A stretch of 64,000 bases of DNA from an uncultured delta proteobacterium (GTDB lineage: Bacteria; Desulfobacterota; Binatia; UBA9968): contig CAVSHR010000008.1 of assembly GCA_963727625.1 (NCBI GenBank), positions 32,001 to 96,000 on the forward strand, read 5' to 3'. The notes under the pieces were generated by a model. It made no database searches. It was not told the origin of the DNA and saw only the letters and a list, made by a program, of their open reading frames with translations. Positions 20,188 through 31,592 of the stretch are shown here, in pieces (within the stretch, counting starts at the first letter, position 1; the number at the start of each line of letters is the position of its first letter). A program made the translations under genes and the position numbers.

Positions 20188-20844
20188 TTGAGCATCCTTC
20201 GGCGCGCCGAGGATCTCAAGGGCAAGAGAATTGGCCCGGCCCGCTTCGACGGCTCTTCGCATATCTCCGCATTGATCGCGCTGCAACACCTGGGTCTCGA
20301 TTTAAAGCGCGATCGAATCATTCTGGTGAAAACCGGTTTAGAGATCCGGACCGCATGGCGGAGCTGGCGGCCAAGGCGATCGATGCCGGCGTGCTCCAAC
20401 GGGTGGCGACCGAAGTGGTGGTCGGTAAAGGAAATTACCCGCTGCTCAATATGCACCAGGCCCAAGCCTTACCAAAACACCGGTCTCACGGTTTAGAAGA
20501 GCTACGCTGCCGCCAACCCGAGCGTGATCGATGGATTTACCCGCGCGACCATCGAAGCCTACGGCTATATTTTCAAGAAGGAGAACAAGCAGGCGGTTAA
20601 ATAAGTTCTCGCGCGCAATCCCCGTCTGGCCAATAGGGATGCCGCCGAAGACTTTGATCTCGAAGCGCAAGACGAGCTCGACCGCAAACCGTATCCATCG
20701 CTCGACGGTTTCAAGACCGTAATCAAATACGTCGCCGAGCAAAATCCCGAGGCCGCCGTAAAAGTCGAGGAGATCGGCGACAACAGCGGGCTCAAGAAAT
20801 TGGAAAGCGAGGGATTTTTCGACAAGGTGTATGGCGGGAGGTAG
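20188..20844 (+). pseudogene. Decayed ABC substrate-binding protein (NMT1/THI5-like), 5' truncated
   Basis: DLKGKRIG...LGLD, PYQNTGL, KPYPSLDGFKTVI and LKKLESEGFFDKVY pieces spread over several frames with in-frame stops. Confidence 0.75.
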
Positions 20845-21926
20845 AGGTACGTACACTTTTCTCCGGCGTCCGAGCCCGTGATCTAGTTGTTCCAGTGATT
20901 TTTCATATCCACACGATCGACCAATCGAGTTTCGCTGCTTCAACGGTCGGCCCCGGAAGATTGCCCATGCGACCGCGTGTGCTCTTGGAAGCGTGTCGCG
21001 CTTCGATGAATCGCTGGACTTCATCCTTGGCTGACTTCTCTGCTCAGCGCGAGGGTAGCGACGCAGCGGTCATTAAATAATGACAGTCGGCTTGCTTCGC
21101 ATTGTTCCATTCACCTGCATTCTGTGCGGCGCAAAGGTTGGTGAGCTTAACGGTAGAAAATGATCGAGCTGTGGCCGGCTCGCCTGTCGGCGTCACTTTC
21201 TGAGAGGCTCGTTGAAGGGCTTGCGGGGAGTTTGTTCGAAGGGTGTGAACGCGGCTAGGCAAAATGGGCTCAACCCAGCCGTAAAAAAATAGCAATCTTT
21301 GTTTTTTTGTGTTAGAGGTAAATCACACCGCGTTTGACCACCGCGTTAGCATTTGCTGACCCGCTTAACCCCTTTGTGCTGAGGCTCTTTCACTGATGGT
21401 TCCTCGATGAACAAATTCTCCATTGGGCTTGGTCGAGTTTTGGGGTATCGCTGTTTGCTGCGAATGAACCTTTGCGCTTGGCCCGGCCATTTACTTTTGA
21501 CGCGACCTTAGCGGCGCAACCTTGACGACAGGGCAGTGTGCATTACCGTACGACAAAATTGACATTCTTCGTTCAGAGTGACCGACCCCCTTTGGACCTG
21601 CCGCCTCATTATTTGGCACCGAATTCTTGAGCGCATACTGAATGGGCAGGTCGCCAACGCGCGGTCCGATTAAGACCGCATGGACCCCTAAGGAATCCTT
21701 TTGATTTTAGAGAGGTTTCAGCCTTTGGGGGGAGAAGTTGGAGGCCTTGACCAGGCTGATTGGGGATTAAGGTGAGCGCAGTTTAAATGGCCTTATGATT
21801 GCATTCATTTATCGGTGTCGTACGTCTAAAAAAGAGTGAGCTGATGAAGTGGCCGAGAAGGAGATGACAGTCAAGCGTTTAATATAGAGTTTGGAACACG
21901 TTGATTCGCACCAGAAAGGAGGGTCA

Positions 21927-22121
21927 ATGGCGCCTGGAGACCTATTAAAAACTGTCAAACCTATTCGATCGCAGAAAACGGGTGTTTTGCTGCCGCGAGA
22001 AGGGACCTTTGTCAGAATCGTCGAGAATATGGGTCGCCAACTGATCCTGGTCAATTTCGGCGCGGCCGGTTACGAGTACATCTTCCCCGAAGAAATCTTG
22101 CCCGAACCTGCTAATTTCTGA
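21927..22121 (+). CDS. Small hypothetical protein (64 aa)
   Basis: AGGAGG RBS before ATG 21927; protein-like beta-rich composition. Confidence 0.65.
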   Translation: MAPGDLLKTVKPIRSQKTGVLLPREGTFVRIVENMGRQLILVNFGAAGYEYIFPEEILPEPANF

Positions 22122-22285
22122 CCGTTTGGCCTGTTATAATCAGGTGTATTAGCGCACTGCGGCGGCTCTTGCCAAAAGCGCTCGCAGCCGTCAATGCGTC
22201 CGGGTAGCCGCTTTGCCGTTCGTTTGGCTTCCACCTCTCGTATTTGATAAAAAGATGTTAAAGTCTTTTTCGCGCGAGGTGGAAA

Positions 22286-22630
22286 ATGAGTGAACGGGTC
22301 ATCAAGGGTTATCACGCCCATATCTATTATGATCCGGCGAAGACGAAGGACGCCGCAGCCCTTGTGCGTAGAGGATTGAGCGCCTTTAACGTTCAACTTG
22401 GCGGCTGGCACGACGAGGCGGTCGGGCCGCACCTCGACGCGATGTACCAGGCGATTTTTGCGCCCGAAGAGTTTGGCAAAGTCGTGCCGTGGTTGATGTT
22501 GCACCGTGAAGGTTTGTCCGTGCTGGTACATCCATCCACGGGGGACGGCTACGGCGATCATCTCGAGCGTTCTCTTTGGCTCGGACCGCGGCTGAAGCTC
22601 AACGAAAAGGCATTGCGGCGCGGCGCATAG
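22286..22630 (+). CDS. DOPA 4,5-dioxygenase family protein
   Basis: YHAHIYY, VGPH, WLMLHREGLSVLVHP and DH...WLG motifs. Confidence 0.9.
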   Translation: MSERVIKGYHAHIYYDPAKTKDAAALVRRGLSAFNVQLGGWHDEAVGPHLDAMYQAIFAPEEFGKVVPWLMLHREGLSVLVHPSTGDGYGDHLERSLWLGPRLKLNEKALRRGA

Positions 22631-22648
22631 GTTTCGCGGCGAAGACAA

Positions 22649-23014
22649 ATGAAGCGGCTTTATTGCGCCAAAGATCCACTAATGATCGGCCACTTGAAGA
22701 ATGTTTTGGCCACATTCGGCATCAAGTGCGTTGCCAGGAAGCTCGACCTTAACATCGGCGCGGGAGAGTTGCCGCCGATTGAGTGTTGGCCCGAGCTCTG
22801 GGTGGTCGACGATGAAAATTTGGCCCGAGCCAAGTCGATTCTCAAGAAAGCCCTGGCTCCGTTAGAGTCGGTGAAAAAACCTTGGCACTGTGCCGGCTGC
22901 GGCGAAACGATCGAGGGCCAATTCTCAGAATGTTGGAACTGCGGCCGGGACCGCTCCGGCCGCAAGCTGCTTCGATTGGTGCGACCGATTTCGTCGAGGA
23001 TCCGCAAACCATGA
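22649..23014 (+). CDS. DUF2007-type protein with RanBP2-like zinc finger
   Basis: GAGELPPIECWPELWV and WHCAGCGETIEGQFSECWNCG. Confidence 0.85.
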   Translation: MKRLYCAKDPLMIGHLKNVLATFGIKCVARKLDLNIGAGELPPIECWPELWVVDDENLARAKSILKKALAPLESVKKPWHCAGCGETIEGQFSECWNCGRDRSGRKLLRLVRPISSRIRKP

Positions 23015-23081
23015 CTCGCTGGGATATGAGGCTTTCGGCTCGGCCGCAAGTCTTTCTCTTTTAATCTCTGTGGGGTTCATT

Positions 23082-23101
23082 CCCCGCAGCTTGCTGCGGG
23101 G
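23082..23101. repeat. REP-like palindrome
   Basis: CCCCGCAGC-TT-GCTGCGGGG flanked on both sides by GTTCATTCC. Confidence 0.55.
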
Positions 23102-23301
23102 TAGTTCATTCCGCTTCGCCGTTGCGCGCGACTTCTCCAGCCGCGCCCGCAAAGTCGATCGCGCCACAAAATTTGACGCGGTGAGACAGGGGTGTTAAAA
23201 CCAACGCCAATCGCCAATCATCCGGCTTAGAATCGGCCCGCCCCGACGGCCGCGTTCATCGAGCCGCTCGCTAGCCAAACGATTACGGTTGAGGAGATTT
23301 C

Positions 23302-24249
23302 ATGGAGTATCGCCAACTGGGTCAATCAGGCGTGCGCGTGTCCGTCGTCGGCCTCGGTGCCAATCGCTTCGGTTCGCCGGATATGCCGCAGGTCGAAGTC
23401 AACAAGGTCGTCGACGCGGCGCTCGACAGCGGCGTCAATTTCATCGATACGGCCAATGTCTACAACGAGGGCGGTTCAGAAGAAACTTTGGGCCATGCGC
23501 TCAAAGGGCGCATGGATAAAGTCGTGTTGGCGACGAAGTTTTCCTTTCCGCGCAAGACCAGCGCGAATAGTTGGGGCGCGTCGCGCTATCAGATGATGCA
23601 GGCGATCGAGCAAAGCTTGCGCCGGCTGCAGACCGATCACATCGCTCTGTACTACTGCCATCGCTGGGACGAAACCACGCCGATCGAGGAAACCCTGCGT
23701 GGTTTGGACGATCTGATCCGCATGGGCAAGATTGGTTACATCGGTGCCTCCGCCTATGCGTCGTGGCAACTCGCACACGCCAACGTGCTGGCGGAGCTCA
23801 AGGGTTGGAGTCGATTTGTGGTCATTCAATCCGAGTACAACATGTTGAAGCGCGAGGTCGAGCGCGAGGTTCTGCCCTATTGCCGCGCCCATCACGTCGG
23901 TTTTGTGCCCTACTATCCGCTGGCGGGCGGCTTTCTCACCGGCAAATACGAGATGGGAAAACCGCCTCCACCGGGTTCACGCGGCGAATCGGCGCGTGCG
24001 GTTCAAGAGCTGATGACCGAGAAAAACTATCATCTCGTCGCCAAGCTTTCCGCTTGGGCCAAAGATCACGGCCGCGGCATCAACGAACTGGCGCAAGCCT
24101 GGTTGTTGGCGCAACCTAGCGTGTGTTCAGTGATCACCGGGGCAAAGCGCGTCGATCATGTCACCAGCAATGTGAAAGCGGCGGACTGGCAGCTGAGCGT
24201 CGATCAGCTCAAGGAATTTAGAGCGATCCTGAAAGAGCGAAACAACTAA
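23302..24249 (+). CDS. Aldo/keto reductase
   Basis: FIDTANVY, SEETLG, LATK, SLRRLQTD, QSEYNML and PLAGGFLTGKY. Confidence 0.95.
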   Translation: MEYRQLGQSGVRVSVVGLGANRFGSPDMPQVEVNKVVDAALDSGVNFIDTANVYNEGGSEETLGHALKGRMDKVVLATKFSFPRKTSANSWGASRYQMMQAIEQSLRRLQTDHIALYYCHRWDETTPIEETLRGLDDLIRMGKIGYIGASAYASWQLAHANVLAELKGWSRFVVIQSEYNMLKREVEREVLPYCRAHHVGFVPYYPLAGGFLTGKYEMGKPPPPGSRGESARAVQELMTEKNYHLVAKLSAWAKDHGRGINELAQAWLLAQPSVCSVITGAKRVDHVTSNVKAADWQLSVDQLKEFRAILKERNN

Positions 24250-24332
24250 TGGCAAAGCGACAGCGAGTCCGGAAAAATTTTTCCGCTCAGCAAGCAAAAG
24301 AGCCATCTCTGCGCACTTTGAACATCCGGCAG

Positions 24333-24911
24333 TCAAATCATGAACGGCAGGCTTAGCTGCTCGATTTTTTGGCTGTGCGGCCGCGGTGTTTGGGCGAGCT
24401 TACGGAGCTCATCTTCGAGCCAGCGAATATACTGGCGCTGGGTGAGGCGTTTTGCGATGGCGGTGATGCAGAGCTCGCGCACCGATTCATTATAATCCAT
24501 CCAACGTTCGCGCATAATGCGCGGCATCTTAAGATAGGTCGGCGGATCGTCGCAGAAGAGCGGGTCGCGGGCGAGCGTCCAGATGTCGCATTGAGTTTCG
24601 CCGGACGGAATTCGGTCGGGATCGGCCACGCGCGGAACGGCATGATTGCCGCGGCCCAAGCCTTGGATCAAATGGGTCAGCTCGTGGCCGATGGTTTGAT
24701 AGGTGAGCTTGCGCACTTTGAGCCGAATGATCAGCCGCGAGATTATCCCTTTTCGGTAGATTACCGTGGCGCTGCCCAAATGTTTGCGCGTGTAGCCGAC
24801 GGTGACCGTAATATCTTGCAGTTCCGGAAAATAGCGCAGCGAGCGCTCGATCATTTCATGGGCGCGGCGGGTGAGCCGCTGTTTCATCAGCGGCGTGAGT
24901 CGGATTTGCAT
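24333..24911 (-). CDS. Hypothetical HExxH zinc-metalloprotease-like protein with C-terminal QLSLPF
   Basis: TIGHELTHL motif, downstream GETQCD, terminal EQLSLPFMI; divergent from era. Confidence 0.7.
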   Translation of the reverse strand: MQIRLTPLMKQRLTRRAHEMIERSLRYFPELQDITVTVGYTRKHLGSATVIYRKGIISRLIIRLKVRKLTYQTIGHELTHLIQGLGRGNHAVPRVADPDRIPSGETQCDIWTLARDPLFCDDPPTYLKMPRIMRERWMDYNESVRELCITAIAKRLTQRQYIRWLEDELRKLAQTPRPHSQKIEQLSLPFMI

Positions 24912-24991
24912 CTGAGCGCTTGCTCGTCGAGAGTTGACCTTGAACGGCGAGTCGACAATGTCATAATACGGGTTCGCTCGGTGATTTAGTT

Positions 24992-25915
<924 letters not shown>

Positions 25916-27328
25916 ATGAAGGCCTCTAACTCGTTTGATCCGGCCCCCACGCGCAAGCGCGCAGTGGAACTGCCGATTGTTGCCATCGTCGGCCGGCCCA
26001 ACGTTGGCAAATCGACGCTGTTCAACCGTCTAATCCGCGAACGAAAAGCGATCGTCGACGATTTGCCGGGCGTTACCCGAGATCGGAACTATGCCGAAGC
26101 CGAGTGGGCGGAAAGAAAATACTTGCTCATCGACACCGGCGGCTTGGATTCAGACTCGGCCGATTTCTTGGAGAAGAGCGTGCAGGCCCAGAGCCGTCTA
26201 GCGGTTGCGGAAGCGGACTTCGTGGTTTTTCTCTTCGACGGCAAAGGCGGGTTGAATCCGCTGGACCGAGAAGCCGTCGATCAGCTACGCCGATCGCACA
26301 AGCCGCTGTTTTTTGCGGTCAACAAGCTCGACTCCCAGAGGCGGGAAGAAAATCTCTACGAGTTTTATGCCTTGGGCCTCGACCGTCTCTATTCGATTTC
26401 CGCGGAACATGGCCTCGGCATAGCTGATTTAATGGACGATATCGTCGCCGGTTTTCCACCGGAAGCGCCGAGCAGCGATGCAGCGGAATTGGAGACACCG
26501 GACGAAAATTCCAAACCGCTGCGAGTTGCCATCGTCGGCCGGCCCAACGTCGGTAAATCGACCTTGATCAATCGTTTGCTCGGTTTCGAACGTTCGGTGG
26601 TTGACTCGAAGCCGGGAACGACGCGGGATTCTCTGGATACGCCCTTCGAATTGTTAGGCGAGCCGTGCATTCTCGTCGACACCGCCGGGGTTCGCCGCAA
26701 GGCGCGCGTCGACGAGCGCATCGAACGTTTCAGCGTCAACCGCTCGCTTCGCGCCGTGGATCGCGGCGATCTGATCATTCACGTCATCGACGGCCCGGAA
26801 GGCGTCACCGATCAGGATGCGCAGCTGCTCAGCTATGCGGTGCAGCGCGACAAAGCGTTGTTCTTGGCGGTAAACAAATGGGATATCCTGGCGCAATGCG
26901 ACACCGATGCCGAGAAATATCGCGCGGAAGTCAATTACCGATTGTCATTCCTGGAGTTCGCGCCGATCGCCTTCATTTCCGCGGCGACCGGCTACGGCGT
27001 GCGCAAGATGTTACAGACCGCAGTGCGGGTGCTTAAAGCTTACGGCCGCAAAGTGTCGACTTCGGCCGTCAATCAGGCGCTGCAAAAGATCGTGCGGGCG
27101 CATAGCGCGCCATTGTCGCAGGGCCGCGCGGTCAAGTTTTATTATGGCACTCAGACCGGCACGCGACCGCCGACTTTTACGCTATTTGTCAATCGCCCCG
27201 CAGCGGTGCACGACAGCTATCAAAGGTATTTGATCCATCATCTGCGCGATCACCTGGGCTTTCAAGACACGCCGATTCGTCTCGATTTGCGCGCGCGCCG
27301 GGAAGAAAAACCAGGCACGCGGCGATGA
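25916..27328 (+). CDS. der: Ribosome biogenesis GTPase Der (EngA)
   Basis: Two tandem G domains (GRPNVGKST twice; GVTRD/GTTRD; DTGG/DTAG; NKLD/NKWD). Confidence 0.97.
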   Translation: MKASNSFDPAPTRKRAVELPIVAIVGRPNVGKSTLFNRLIRERKAIVDDLPGVTRDRNYAEAEWAERKYLLIDTGGLDSDSADFLEKSVQAQSRLAVAEADFVVFLFDGKGGLNPLDREAVDQLRRSHKPLFFAVNKLDSQRREENLYEFYALGLDRLYSISAEHGLGIADLMDDIVAGFPPEAPSSDAAELETPDENSKPLRVAIVGRPNVGKSTLINRLLGFERSVVDSKPGTTRDSLDTPFELLGEPCILVDTAGVRRKARVDERIERFSVNRSLRAVDRGDLIIHVIDGPEGVTDQDAQLLSYAVQRDKALFLAVNKWDILAQCDTDAEKYRAEVNYRLSFLEFAPIAFISAATGYGVRKMLQTAVRVLKAYGRKVSTSAVNQALQKIVRAHSAPLSQGRAVKFYYGTQTGTRPPTFTLFVNRPAAVHDSYQRYLIHHLRDHLGFQDTPIRLDLRARREEKPGTRR

Positions 27329-27828
27329 CGCCGCGCTGGCATATCGTCGCCGATGAGCGCGGCGTCATCGCCTTGAGCTTACAAAAAGAGGCTATCGCTA
27401 AACTAACCAAGCGCGGCGAAAATTTACGGGCGGCGCGCCGGCGTGCGGCTGCGGCAAGAGAATTGCGCGCCTACTTCGACGGTCGTCTGCGCTCATTCTC
27501 GGCACGTTACGACATCGGCGCGCTGCCGCCGTTCAGCCGAGCGGTATTAAATCTCACGGCCAAGATTCCTTACGGCGAAACCAGAAGTTATCAGTGGCTC
27601 GCGCGTCGTTTGGGGCGGCCGCGGGCCGCGCGCGCGGTGGGCAACGCGCTGGCGCGCAATCCGCTGCCGATTATAATTCCTTGCCATCGCGTGGTGCGTG
27701 TTGACGGCAGTTTCGCCGCCTTCGTGCTCGGTTCCGGTTGGAAAAAAAGATTACTTTGTTTGGAAAGAAAGTTTTGTAAAAACAAAAACTTTGCAGGAAA
27801 ATTCCACCCTGCTTCCAAGCCTACTTGA
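27325..27828 (+). CDS. ogt: Methylated-DNA-protein-cysteine methyltransferase
   Basis: IPYGETRSY, ARAVGNAL and NPLPIIIPCHRV active-site motif. Confidence 0.9.
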   Translation: MTPRWHIVADERGVIALSLQKEAIAKLTKRGENLRAARRRAAAARELRAYFDGRLRSFSARYDIGALPPFSRAVLNLTAKIPYGETRSYQWLARRLGRPRAARAVGNALARNPLPIIIPCHRVVRVDGSFAAFVLGSGWKKRLLCLERKFCKNKNFAGKFHPASKPT

Positions 27829-27938
27829 GCGCTCGTTCTAGCCTTCGGCGGAAAATTGCCTTATCATCTTCTCCTTGTCTTTTCGGCGCCGCGTAAGATC
27901 TTCGATCCGCGCGCCGGTTTGACAAAACCTAAACGAGT

Positions 27939-29096
27939 ATGGTTGAGGGATCGTTACCTTTGGCGAAAGGATTGACGTTGGCCATGCCGGTGCGCGACGG
28001 ATATACGCCCTGGCTCGCCCTGGGGCGGGTGAAAGGGCTGGGTGGCATAGGCTTTAAAAAGCTTACGGCGCATTTTGCCGACCCCAGTGGAGCGTTATTT
28101 GCGTCCGCGGCTGAGCTCGAGCAAGTCGATGGCTTGCATCGCGACGTTATCGACGGGCTAGCCAATTTTGCCGATTGGGACGAAGTCGAGGATGAATTGC
28201 GCCGGACCCGCGATGCCGGCATCGACATCGTGCGGTTCACCGATCCGAGCTACCCGGAGCGCCTGCGCGCGATCCCCGACCCGCCGCCCTGCCTCTATTT
28301 AAAGGGGGTGCTGGCGGCCGAAGACGATAAAAGCGTGGCGATCGTCGGCTCACGCAGCGCCAGCGACTACGGCCGGCGCGTGGCGCGCGATCTTGCACGC
28401 GGTTTGACGTCTCTCGGATTCACTATCGTCAGCGGCATGGCGCGGGGCATCGACGGCGTGGCGCATGAAAGTGCGCTGCAGGCGGGAGGGCGGACCATCG
28501 CGGTGTTGGGATCCGGCGTTGAACGAGCCTATCCGCCGGAGCATGAAGGACTGTATCGCCGCATCTGCGAGCGAGGCGCGGTCATCTCTGAGTTACCGAT
28601 CGGTACGCGTCCGATGGCCTTTAATTTTCCGGCGCGCAATCGTTTGATCAGCGGTTTATCCCTGGGTGTGGTGGTGGTCGAAGCCACGGAAAAGAGCGGT
28701 TCTTTGATCACCGCGGCCTTGGCTGTGGAACAGGGCCGGGAGGTCTTTGCCGTGCCCGGCGAAGTCGGCGCGAGCCGCAGCCGCGGCGCGCACCGGTTGA
28801 TTCGTCAAGGGGCCAAACTGGTCGAGAGCGTTGACGATATCATCGAAGAGGTTGCGCCGCAGTTAGTTCGCCGCACGGGCGGCGTCGCGCAGCCTGTGGC
28901 GCGTGTGTTGCCGGCGAACGCGGCCGAAGGCGCGCGAAAAATATTTGCATTACTGCAAGAAAATTCCTTGCAAGTGGATCAGGTGATCGAGCGAAGCTGT
29001 CTGCCGCCCGCGCAGGTGCTCGAAATTCTTTTAGACCTGGAATTGCAGGGTTTTCTGCGACAGGCGCCGGGAAAAGTGTATTCGGTGGAAAGATAA
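27939..29096 (+). CDS. dprA: DNA-processing protein DprA
   Basis: AIVGSR, VSGMARGID, FPARNRLISG, EATEKSGSLITA and GREVFAVPG; start may be slightly downstream. Confidence 0.96.
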   Translation: MVEGSLPLAKGLTLAMPVRDGYTPWLALGRVKGLGGIGFKKLTAHFADPSGALFASAAELEQVDGLHRDVIDGLANFADWDEVEDELRRTRDAGIDIVRFTDPSYPERLRAIPDPPPCLYLKGVLAAEDDKSVAIVGSRSASDYGRRVARDLARGLTSLGFTIVSGMARGIDGVAHESALQAGGRTIAVLGSGVERAYPPEHEGLYRRICERGAVISELPIGTRPMAFNFPARNRLISGLSLGVVVVEATEKSGSLITAALAVEQGREVFAVPGEVGASRSRGAHRLIRQGAKLVESVDDIIEEVAPQLVRRTGGVAQPVARVLPANAAEGARKIFALLQENSLQVDQVIERSCLPPAQVLEILLDLELQGFLRQAPGKVYSVER

Positions 29097-29138
29097 GGTT
29101 AGACAACATTCGGAACTTCCAGAAACGAGCTTAAAATT

Positions 29139-31451
29139 ATGGCAGCGAAAAATCTGGTCATCGTTGAGTCACCCGCCAAGGCGAAAACCTTGGAGAAATA
29201 TTTGGGGCGTGACTTCCAAGTCAAAGCTTCGGTTGGGCATGTCGTCGATTTGCCGAAAAGCAAGCTCGGCGTCGACGTCAAAAAAGATTTTGCGCCGGAC
29301 TTTACGGTTATTCAGACGAAGAAAAAGGTCATCGACGATTTAAAAAGAGCGGCAAAGGGCAAGGAAAACATTTATCTCGCTTCGGACCCGGACCGCGAAG
29401 GCGAAGCTATAGCCTGGCACATCGCCGGTCAAGTGGTGAAGAATCACAAGCGCGTGCACCGCGTGCTGTTCAACGAAATCACCAAGAAAGCAGTGCAGGA
29501 CGCGATCGCCAATCCGCTCGAGCTCGATCGCAACAAATTCGATGCGCAGGTGGCGCGCCGGGTGCTCGACCGTTTGGTCGGCTACAAGATCAGCCCCCTG
29601 CTCTGGAACAAGGTCCGGCGCGGTCTCAGCGCCGGGCGGGTGCAGTCCGTGGCGGTTCGCTTGGTCTGCGAGCGGGAAAAGGATATTCGCGCTTTCGAGC
29701 CGGTGGAGTACTGGTCTTTGACCGCGCTCTTGGAAGGGCGCCTGCCGCCGTCGTTCAAAGCCAAGCTGGCGCAGTGGAAAGGCCAGAAGGTCGACAACAA
29801 AAAATTTCGCCTGGAAAACGACGAGACGGTCCAGGGAATCATCAAATCCCTCGACGGCGCGTCTTGGGTCATTGGCGAGGTTGAAAAAAAAGAGCGGCGT
29901 CGCTTTCCGACACCGCCGTTTGTGACCAGCAAACTACAGCAGGAAGCAGCGCGCAAGCTCGGCTTTCAGCCCAGGCGCACCATGCAGTTGGCGCAGCAGC
30001 TCTATGAAGGCATTGAGTTGGGCGACGAGGGCTCGGTGGGCTTGATCACCTATATGCGCACGGATTCGACGCGGATTTCCAACGACGCGCTCGACGCGGT
30101 GCGCAAACATATTCAAACTCAGTACGGAAAAAATTACGTGCCGGGCAAGCCCAATACGTTTCGCTCCAAGAAAGGCGTGCAGGATGCCCACGAGGCGATT
30201 CGCCCGACCTCGCTGGAATATACGCCCCAGCGCGTGCGCCGATATTTGCGGCGTGACATGTTCCAACTTTATGCCCTTATTTGGGATCGGTTTGTGGCCA
30301 GCCAGATGGTTCCGGCGGTGTACGATCAAACCGCCTTCGATATCTTGGTCAAAGAAGCGCTGTTTCGCGCCACCGGCCAGCAAATCAAGTTCGATGGTTT
30401 CATGAAAGTTTATACAGAAGGGCGCGACGAGCGCGCGGCGCAGGCCAACGGCGAGGATGACGACGACGAGGCGCAGGATTTGGACGGCGTGCTGCCGGAT
30501 TTGCACAAGGGCGACGCTTTGAAGCTCCTGTCCATGGAGCCGCGCCAGCATTTCACCCAGCCGCCGCCGCGCTACACTCAGGCTTCGTTAATCAAAGAGC
30601 TCGACGAGAACGGCATCGGCCGGCCATCGACCTACGCGGCGATTATCACCAACATTCTCGACCGCGAATACGTGGCGCAGAACGAAGGCCGCCAGCTGGT
30701 GCCCACCGACTTGGGATTTCTTGTCACCGATCTTTTGGTCGAGAGCTTTCCCGACATTCTCAACGTCGAGTTTACCGCGAGCATGGAAGACGAACTCGAC
30801 AAGATCGAAGACGGCAAGGAAAAGTGGACCAAGGCGATGAAACGGTTCTACACGCCGTTCGAGCGCGATCTCAAGAAAGCTGAGAAAGAGATGCGCGACG
30901 TCAAGCGTCAGGAAGTGCCGACGGACATCGACTGCGACAAGTGCGGTGCCAAGATGGTCATCAAGTGGGGGCGCAACGGCGAGTTTCTCGCCTGCCCACA
31001 ATATCCCGAGTGTAAAAACACCAAAAATTTCATACGCAGCGAGACCGGCGAAATAGAAATTGCCGCGGAAGAAGAGGTCAACGAAGCCTGCGGAGAGTGC
31101 GGTCGGCCGATGCTGTTGCGCTGGGGCAAGTTCGGTAAGTTTCTCGGCTGCAGCGGCTATCCCGAATGCAAGAACATTCAACCCTTGGAAAAGCCGGTGG
31201 ACCTTGGCATCAAATGTCCGGAGTGTACAGTAGGCAACATCAAGGAAAGAAAATCGCGCTGGGGTAAGGTGTTTTACGGCTGCGATAAGTATCCCGAATG
31301 CAAATTCGCGTCCTGGGATAAACCCATGTCGACGCCCTGTCCCGACTGCGACAGCCCGATCCTTGTCGAGAAGGTGACCAAGCGCAACGGTCGCACCCAT
31401 CGCTGCTATAAAAAAGAGTGTGGTTACTCGATCCAAGTCGCCGAGCAGTAA
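29139..31451 (+). CDS. topA: DNA topoisomerase I with C4 zinc ribbons
   Basis: IVESPAKAK, DPDREGEAI, SAGRVQS, LITYMRTDS, QDAHEAIRP, GIGRPSTY and C-terminal CxxC repeats. Confidence 0.98.
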   Translation: MAAKNLVIVESPAKAKTLEKYLGRDFQVKASVGHVVDLPKSKLGVDVKKDFAPDFTVIQTKKKVIDDLKRAAKGKENIYLASDPDREGEAIAWHIAGQVVKNHKRVHRVLFNEITKKAVQDAIANPLELDRNKFDAQVARRVLDRLVGYKISPLLWNKVRRGLSAGRVQSVAVRLVCEREKDIRAFEPVEYWSLTALLEGRLPPSFKAKLAQWKGQKVDNKKFRLENDETVQGIIKSLDGASWVIGEVEKKERRRFPTPPFVTSKLQQEAARKLGFQPRRTMQLAQQLYEGIELGDEGSVGLITYMRTDSTRISNDALDAVRKHIQTQYGKNYVPGKPNTFRSKKGVQDAHEAIRPTSLEYTPQRVRRYLRRDMFQLYALIWDRFVASQMVPAVYDQTAFDILVKEALFRATGQQIKFDGFMKVYTEGRDERAAQANGEDDDDEAQDLDGVLPDLHKGDALKLLSMEPRQHFTQPPPRYTQASLIKELDENGIGRPSTYAAIITNILDREYVAQNEGRQLVPTDLGFLVTDLLVESFPDILNVEFTASMEDELDKIEDGKEKWTKAMKRFYTPFERDLKKAEKEMRDVKRQEVPTDIDCDKCGAKMVIKWGRNGEFLACPQYPECKNTKNFIRSETGEIEIAAEEEVNEACGECGRPMLLRWGKFGKFLGCSGYPECKNIQPLEKPVDLGIKCPECTVGNIKERKSRWGKVFYGCDKYPECKFASWDKPMSTPCPDCDSPILVEKVTKRNGRTHRCYKKECGYSIQVAEQ

Positions 31452-31592
31452 ACACGGTCGCACCGCTTGAGCGGCTATTCCACAGGGGGGCTCTGATCGA
31501 TGGCCGACGTCGAAGCTTAGTCGAGGAATTTCATTCGTGCCGCGGCGAGGCTCGCCGCAGCACGCTGGATTCGGACGATTCGTTCTCATTCC

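Noticed and set aside
30588-31589. 333-aa minus-strand ORF
   Set aside because: Antisense to topA with no protein motif
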